Shown here: one piece after another, positions 59,447 through 64,000 of the stretch
Layout: each line of letters starts with the position of its first letter
How positions within the stretch are numbered: position 1 is the stretch's first letter
NCBI GenBank assembly: GCA_963811305.1
Contig: CAWEQU010000008.1
Location: forward strand, 68,539-132,538
Reading direction: 5' to 3'
DNA: 64,000 nucleotides
DNA from: an uncultured Chloroflexia bacterium
Lineage (GTDB): Bacteria > Chloroflexota > Chloroflexia > QHBQ01 > JADMIH01
Translations under genes and position numbers: made by a program
Notes under the pieces: model-generated
Databases searched by the model: none
What the model saw: the letters and a program-made list of their open reading frames with translations, nothing else
What the model was told of the DNA's origin: nothing

Positions 59447-61051
59447 ATGACAAAGACAAATACAGAACTCGTAGGAACGATGCTTACCCTTGAGCAAGCC
59501 GTCGGCCAGAAGTTGCTAGCAGCTTTCCAGGGTTACCAGGTACCCACGGAGTTAGCAGATTTACTGGGGCGCACGCAGATCGGTGGGGTAACACTGTTCC
59601 GCTCATTGAATGTGCAGGACCCTTCTCAGGTACGCGAACTGACCAGTTCCTTGCAAGCGGCAGCAGCCATAGCCGGGCAGCCTCCACTTTTGATTTGCGC
59701 GGACCAGGAGGGCGGCCAGTTGTTGGCTATGGCCGGTACTACACCCTTCCCAGGCAACATGGCACTGGGGGCTACGCACTCACCCGCGCTCAGTCGCCGC
59801 ACGGGCCTCGCAATAGGGCGCGAGCTTGCCGCTATGGGTATAAACGTCAACTACGCCCCGGTCTGCGATGTGAACGTCAACCCGCAAAACCCGGTAATAG
59901 GCACCCGCTCTTTCGGCGAGGACCCTGCCGAGGTGGGGCGGCTTGGCGCGGCAATGATCGAGGGGCTACAGGCAGCAGGGGTGGCAGCCACCGCCAAACA
60001 CTTCCCAGGTCACGGCGATACGGCCACCGACTCGCACTATGGCACGCCCGTGCTACCCTTCGGCGAAGAGCGTTTGCGCAGGGTCGAGTTGCCCCCGTTT
60101 AGCGCCGCGATTGAGGCGGGCGTCAAGCTGATGATGACCGCACATATTGCCCTTCCGGGTCTCACAGGCGGCCTCGAAGTGCCTGCCACCCTTTCCCCAG
60201 CGATCATGCGGAAGCTTTTGCGCGACGATCTCGGCTTTGAGGGGATAGTAGTCAGCGACGCGATGGACATGGGCGCTATTCAGAGAGGGCTGGGTTTGGT
60301 AATTGACTGTATCGCTGCATCGGCGGCTGGGGTAGATTTGCTGTTGCTCGCCGACTGCGGCGATGGCTTCGAGGCTGTATATGCAGCTCTGCTGCAAGCA
60401 GCTAAAAGAGGTCTGCTTGCACACGGCGAAATCTTGGCATCAGCCCAGAGAGTGCTAGAACTGAAAGCATGGCTCAGCAAGCAGGAACAACCCGGCCTGG
60501 AGGTCATACAGTGCGACGAGCATCGCGCCCTCGCCTACGAGATAGCTGCCCATTCAGTTACTCTCGTGCGCGATGAGGAGGGGTGCCTGCCGCTAAGTCT
60601 CGAGGACGATGCCAGGATAGCGCTTATCCTGCCTCGTACAGCAAACCTCACGCCCGCCGACACCTCTTCTTACGATAGGCCGGTCCTGGCGGAGATGCTG
60701 CGCAGATACCATCCCGCTGTTGACCAGATAGATGTGCCCACCAACCCCACTTCGTCCGATATTGGCGATGTGCTGCAACAGGTAAAAGGTTACGACCTTG
60801 TGATAGCGGGTACTATCAACGCCTTCCAGCATTCGGGGCAGGCCGCCCTGGTCAATTCGCTCCTTGAGACTGACAGCAAGGTAATAGCTGTGGCGCTTCG
60901 TCTACCATATGACCTATCGGCATATCCTGGTGCGCCTACATATATCTGCACGTATAATCTTCAGCCGCCGTCAATGGAAGCCCTGGCCGACGCCCTGTGG
61001 GGGCGAATCCCCTTCCTGGGACGATCACCTGTGACGGTGGCCCTCGGCTAG
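59447..61051 (+). CDS. GH3 glycosidase (NagZ-type beta-N-acetylhexosaminidase-like)
   Basis: ADQEGGQL..., NVNYAPVCDVN..NPVIGTRSFG, and KHFPGHGDTATDSH (the Asp-His dyad region typical of NagZ-type GH3). Confidence 0.82.
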   Translation: MTKTNTELVGTMLTLEQAVGQKLLAAFQGYQVPTELADLLGRTQIGGVTLFRSLNVQDPSQVRELTSSLQAAAAIAGQPPLLICADQEGGQLLAMAGTTPFPGNMALGATHSPALSRRTGLAIGRELAAMGINVNYAPVCDVNVNPQNPVIGTRSFGEDPAEVGRLGAAMIEGLQAAGVAATAKHFPGHGDTATDSHYGTPVLPFGEERLRRVELPPFSAAIEAGVKLMMTAHIALPGLTGGLEVPATLSPAIMRKLLRDDLGFEGIVVSDAMDMGAIQRGLGLVIDCIAASAAGVDLLLLADCGDGFEAVYAALLQAAKRGLLAHGEILASAQRVLELKAWLSKQEQPGLEVIQCDEHRALAYEIAAHSVTLVRDEEGCLPLSLEDDARIALILPRTANLTPADTSSYDRPVLAEMLRRYHPAVDQIDVPTNPTSSDIGDVLQQVKGYDLVIAGTINAFQHSGQAALVNSLLETDSKVIAVALRLPYDLSAYPGAPTYICTYNLQPPSMEALADALWGRIPFLGRSPVTVALG

Positions 61052-61114
61052 TTCAAAGTTCAAGGTTCAAAGTTCAAAGTAACCTCTTTGAACTTTGAAC
61101 CTTGAACTTTGAAC
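61051..61114 (+). repeat. intercistronic hairpin, perfect 29-bp stem of GTTCAAR words
   Basis: GTTCAAAGTTCAAGGTTCAAAGTTCAAAG taacct CTTTGAACTTTGAACCTTGAACTTTGAAC. It starts at the last base of the GH3 stop codon. Confidence 0.92.
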
Positions 61115-61135
61115 CGTAAAAGGAGGTAGGCGCTG

Positions 61136-62293
61136 ATGTTCTATGTTGAGCCTGGGGCTATAGTGACGCCTGAGGGCTTACTGGAGGATCGCGCGGTGCT
61201 TGTGGATGAGGAGCGCATCGGTGCCGTTGATTATACTTCCCGGTTATCATGCCCGGCGGGAGCGCGCCGAGTGCAAGCTGCCGGTCTGTTGCTCGCTCCG
61301 GGGTTTATTGACCTCCAGATAAATGGGGCCTTCGGCAATGATTTCACAAACGAGCCAGGCACTATCTGGGAGGTCGCCTCCCAGCTGCCCAGGTATGGTG
61401 TAACTTCATTTCTCCCGACGATTGTTAGCTCGCCGCGTGAGATGGTGGTCATGGCCCAGGATGTCATCTGCGAAGGGGCACCCCCAGGGTTCAAGGGTGC
61501 TACTCCGCTTGGGCTTCACCTCGAAGGGCCGTTTCTCAACCCGGCAAAGCGCGGTGCGCACAATCCGACGCACCTGCGCCTGCCTGATACGACAGAGGCT
61601 CAAAGCTGGAGGCTGGATAGAGGTATTCGTCTGGTGACGCTGGCCCCTGAATTACCCGGCGCACATGAGATGATTGAAATGCTGGTAGCGCAGGGTATAG
61701 TCGTCAGCGCGGGCCATTCGCTAGCCAGTTATGAGGAGGGGGTCGCCGGTATAAATGCGGGTATCACATATGGCACTCACTTGTTCAATGCCATGCCTGC
61801 ATTGGACCACAGGGAACCAGGACTGGTGGGTGCGCTGCTTGGTCATAGCCAGGTAACCGTTGGAATAATAGCCGACGGCATCCACCTGCACCCCAGCCTG
61901 GTGGCGCTGGCCTGGAAAGCTAAAGGCCACCTCCGGGTAAGCCTGGTGACGGACGCCATGGCGGCGCTCGGCATGCCTGCGGGCACCTACACGCTGGGGG
62001 ACCAGGACGTGATCGTGGAGGATGAGGCGGCGCGCCTGGCAGATGGCAGGTTGGCGGGAAGCGTGCTGACTCTGGACCAGGCGGTACGCAACCTGGTCAA
62101 TTTTGCAGGTTGTCGTCCATACGAGGCCATCTCGATGGTAACCGCCGTACCTGCATCGATACTCAGAATGGCGGACTCACGTGGCCGGATTGCGCCTGGC
62201 TTCCTGGCCGACATGGTCTTGCTGGATAGCGATCTGCGAGTTGTGGAGACGTTGGTAGCAGGTGAGGTCGTTTATTCAACCCGGGCCGGATAG
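61136..62293 (+). CDS. nagA: N-acetylglucosamine-6-phosphate deacetylase
   Basis: PGFIDLQINGAFG, HLEGPFLNP.KRGAH, SAGHS, THLFNAM.. motifs in NagA order. Confidence 0.88.
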   Translation: MFYVEPGAIVTPEGLLEDRAVLVDEERIGAVDYTSRLSCPAGARRVQAAGLLLAPGFIDLQINGAFGNDFTNEPGTIWEVASQLPRYGVTSFLPTIVSSPREMVVMAQDVICEGAPPGFKGATPLGLHLEGPFLNPAKRGAHNPTHLRLPDTTEAQSWRLDRGIRLVTLAPELPGAHEMIEMLVAQGIVVSAGHSLASYEEGVAGINAGITYGTHLFNAMPALDHREPGLVGALLGHSQVTVGIIADGIHLHPSLVALAWKAKGHLRVSLVTDAMAALGMPAGTYTLGDQDVIVEDEAARLADGRLAGSVLTLDQAVRNLVNFAGCRPYEAISMVTAVPASILRMADSRGRIAPGFLADMVLLDSDLRVVETLVAGEVVYSTRAG

Positions 62294-62295
62294 GA

Positions 62296-62444
62296 GTTCA
62301 AAGTTCAAGGTTCAAAGTTCAAAGTAGTTGCGTAATTACATTGAACATTGAACATTGAACTTTGAACTTTGAACCTTGAACTTTGAACTTTGAACTTTGA
62401 ACCTTGAACCTTGAACCTTGAACCTTGAACCTTGAACTTTGAAC
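62296..62444 (+). repeat. asymmetric inverted heptamer arrays: (GTTCAAR)x4 versus 15 units of (CATTGAA x3, CYTTGAA x12)
   Basis: The left 29-mer is identical to 61051-61079. The right array is 106 nt with a 7-nt period, counted directly. Confidence 0.92.
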
Positions 62445-62502
62445 TACAAAGAAGGAGAAAGCGTGGGGACTCAGAGACGAGATACTGGAGCAGCCGGGTG
62501 TT

Positions 62503-63504
62503 TTGCGTGGCTGGATAGAGACGCAGATGCAAACGGTATCCAGCATAGCCGAGGCTATTCTTTCGCGCGACGTGCAGTTCATCTTCCTGGCGGCGAGGGG
62601 CAGTTCAGACCATGCAGGGGTGTATGCGCAGTACCTTTTTGGCTCGCGGAATCGCCTGGCGGTGGCGCTGGCAGCTCCATCGCTGTTCACGATGTACCCT
62701 CAGTCGCCGAAGCTGCATAACTCACTAGTGATCGGAATATCGCAGTCCGGGCAGTCTCCCGACATAGTGAGGGTTATCGAGGAAGGGAGACGCCAGGGCG
62801 CTATTACGCTGGCTATCACCAACGACCCTGATTCTCCGTTGGCGCTGGCTGCGGAGCTTATTCTAGGCGTGCGTGCCGGGCCGGAGAGAGCTGTGGCTGC
62901 CACCAAGACTTACACGGCACAGCTGTTAGCGCTGGCTGCGCTCTCTGTTGCCCTGGCAGGGAACAAGGAGGCTGACCTGGCAGATTTGGCCACCGTGCCA
63001 GGGGCCGTACAGTCAGTGCTGGAGCTGGAGTCGGAAGCCGAACGTATCGCCGGAAGGTACGCTTCAATGGACCATTGTGTGGTGCTGGGCCGGGGTTACA
63101 ACTATGCCACGGCCCAGGAATGGGCGCTGAAGCTCAAGGAGCTTGCATATGTATTTACGGACGTTTATTCGACAGCAGATTTCCAGCACGGACCGATAGC
63201 TATCGTTGAGCCGGGGTTCCCGGTGCTGGCTGTAGCTCCTGAAGGGCCGGTCCTAGCGGACCAGCTAGCCTTGCTCTCAAGGCTGCGTGACGAGTACCGG
63301 GCTGAACTGGTACTCATCTCAGACAGCGCCCAGGTTCTGTCCCTAGGGGATGGGAAGTTACGTCTGCCATCGGGGGTGCCCGAGTGGCTGACCCCGATAG
63401 TTGGCATTGTGCCGGCGCAGTTATTCTGCTACCATCTCACCCGCGCCAAGGGTTACGATACGGAAAATCCCCGCACGCTGCACAAGATAACTCTGACCGA
63501 ATAG
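62503..63504 (+). CDS. tandem-SIS-domain sugar-phosphate isomerase/deaminase (GlmS-C/AgaS/NagB-II-like)
   Basis: FIFLAARGSSDHAGVYAQYLF, VIGISQSGQSPD, and second SIS VVLGRGYNYATAQEWALKLKE..DFQHGP. The frame stays open upstream (WGLRDEILEQPGVL). The likely GTG start at 62463 is out of frame by 1 nt. Confidence 0.75.
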   Translation: MRGWIETQMQTVSSIAEAILSRDVQFIFLAARGSSDHAGVYAQYLFGSRNRLAVALAAPSLFTMYPQSPKLHNSLVIGISQSGQSPDIVRVIEEGRRQGAITLAITNDPDSPLALAAELILGVRAGPERAVAATKTYTAQLLALAALSVALAGNKEADLADLATVPGAVQSVLELESEAERIAGRYASMDHCVVLGRGYNYATAQEWALKLKELAYVFTDVYSTADFQHGPIAIVEPGFPVLAVAPEGPVLADQLALLSRLRDEYRAELVLISDSAQVLSLGDGKLRLPSGVPEWLTPIVGIVPAQLFCYHLTRAKGYDTENPRTLHKITLTE

Positions 63505-63575
63505 TTGCCCAAATGCTAGGCTGGTAGTGTGCTGACTTTCACACTATACGTTCAAGTATATCAAGGAAGCAGCGC

Positions 63576-64000
63576 TCAACTGATCGGCAGAAGAAACCAG
63601 ACAGCCAGCATGAGTGCCCCGACGAAGATATGGAGTGTGGGGGGGCGGAAAGAGCGAAACTCCAACGCACCGAGCACAGTTCCCCCCAGCATAGCTATAA
63701 GGTTGTGACCCGTGACGGCGCAGGCCAGCATCAAAAAGCCACAGGTGGCTATGCAGGACGCTCCGACGATGAGGCTAAATCGCAGACAGTCTCGATCCGC
63801 AGCCCAGCCCGAAGGCGCGAGAGGTATCCTCAGGTGGCAGAAAACCAGCGCCTGCCTCCGTACAGGGATCAGCACCCAGAGCGCCGCCAGAGCGAATAGC
63901 CCAGATGCCAGGAGAGGGTTATGGCCCCAGTCGAGGGCCGGTAGCCATGCTACCACGACACCAACCGACATCCACGGGAGGAGAAAGCCAATAAGGAAGA
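63576..64000 (-). CDS. integral membrane protein, 5' end outside window
   Basis: Continuous hydrophobic ORF (FLIGFLLPWMSVGVVVAWLPAL...). The frame remains open to the window edge. Confidence 0.55.
   Translation of the reverse strand, partial: FLIGFLLPWMSVGVVVAWLPALDWGHNPLLASGLFALAALWVLIPVRRQALVFCHLRIPLAPSGWAADRDCLRFSLIVGASCIATCGFLMLACAVTGHNLIAMLGGTVLGALEFRSFRPPTLHIFVGALMLAVWFLLPIS

Noticed and set aside
62339-62444. Possible CRISPR array (also considered for the other tandem arrays).
   Set aside because: The period is 7 nt with no spacers, and there are no cas genes. A CRISPR array needs ~28-37-nt repeats separated by unique spacers.
62305-62690. Minus-strand ORFs with KFKVQGSRFKVQ repeats.
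   Set aside because: They are the translation of the GTTCAAR array and are antisense to the 5' end of the SIS gene. They are not genes.
1-64000. tRNA, rRNA, tmRNA, RNase P and SRP RNA genes.
   Set aside because: I found no T-loop (GGTTCGAATCC-type), RNase P (GAGGAAAGTCC) or other hallmark strings on either strand. This was a by-eye search only, so a covariance-model scan could still find something.

Overview
This is a high-GC bacterial chromosomal segment. The variant SLH surface proteins (F.DVP...GYPCG..EPC..NRPYFRP..TRGQ) suggest a Chloroflexota-type organism (Ktedonobacteria/Thermomicrobia-like), but that is inference only. All calls come from reading the ORF translations and the DNA by eye; no searches were run.

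Gene content, in order:
- GAF histidine kinase with a KdpE-like response regulator, two paralogous ECF sigma factors, infA, a REC-AAA+-Fis sigma-54 activator, amt, and a REC-degenerate-GGDEF regulator.
- An SLH protein with a GT-C glycosyltransferase, and rpoN carrying a CxxC..CxxC insert.
- hicB, nei, an XRE-ImmA pair followed by a Nudix hydrolase, comF, an amidohydrolase, and an HD-GYP protein.
- A visibly AT-richer 3.3-kb cassette (25021-28349). It is bounded by IS701-like inverted repeats and a 5-bp GATAT target duplication, and it carries only decayed genes.
- A DUF512 radical-SAM gene with a PHP gene, and two large SLH surface proteins, one about 2,190 aa.
- A co-directional module of class III cyclase-ATPase-TPR, then REC-TrxR-like, then ZnF-UBP-cNMP-histidine kinase.
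- An orphan EncFtn-like gene, two XdhC genes, and a GlcD-like oxidase.
- A sugar locus under ROK and LacI (CebR-box) control: ABC transporter, GH1, ROK kinase, GH3, NagA and a SIS protein.

Two window-wide features stand out:
1. Almost every intergenic gap holds tandem heptamer (some octamer) 'word' arrays, comparable to cyanobacterial STRR repeats. They often form long hairpins, including one between nearly every cistron of the sugar operon.
2. About 25 single-base frame disruptions interrupt otherwise conserved genes. These look more like homopolymer assembly errors than real decay.

No tRNA, rRNA or CRISPR array was recognised.
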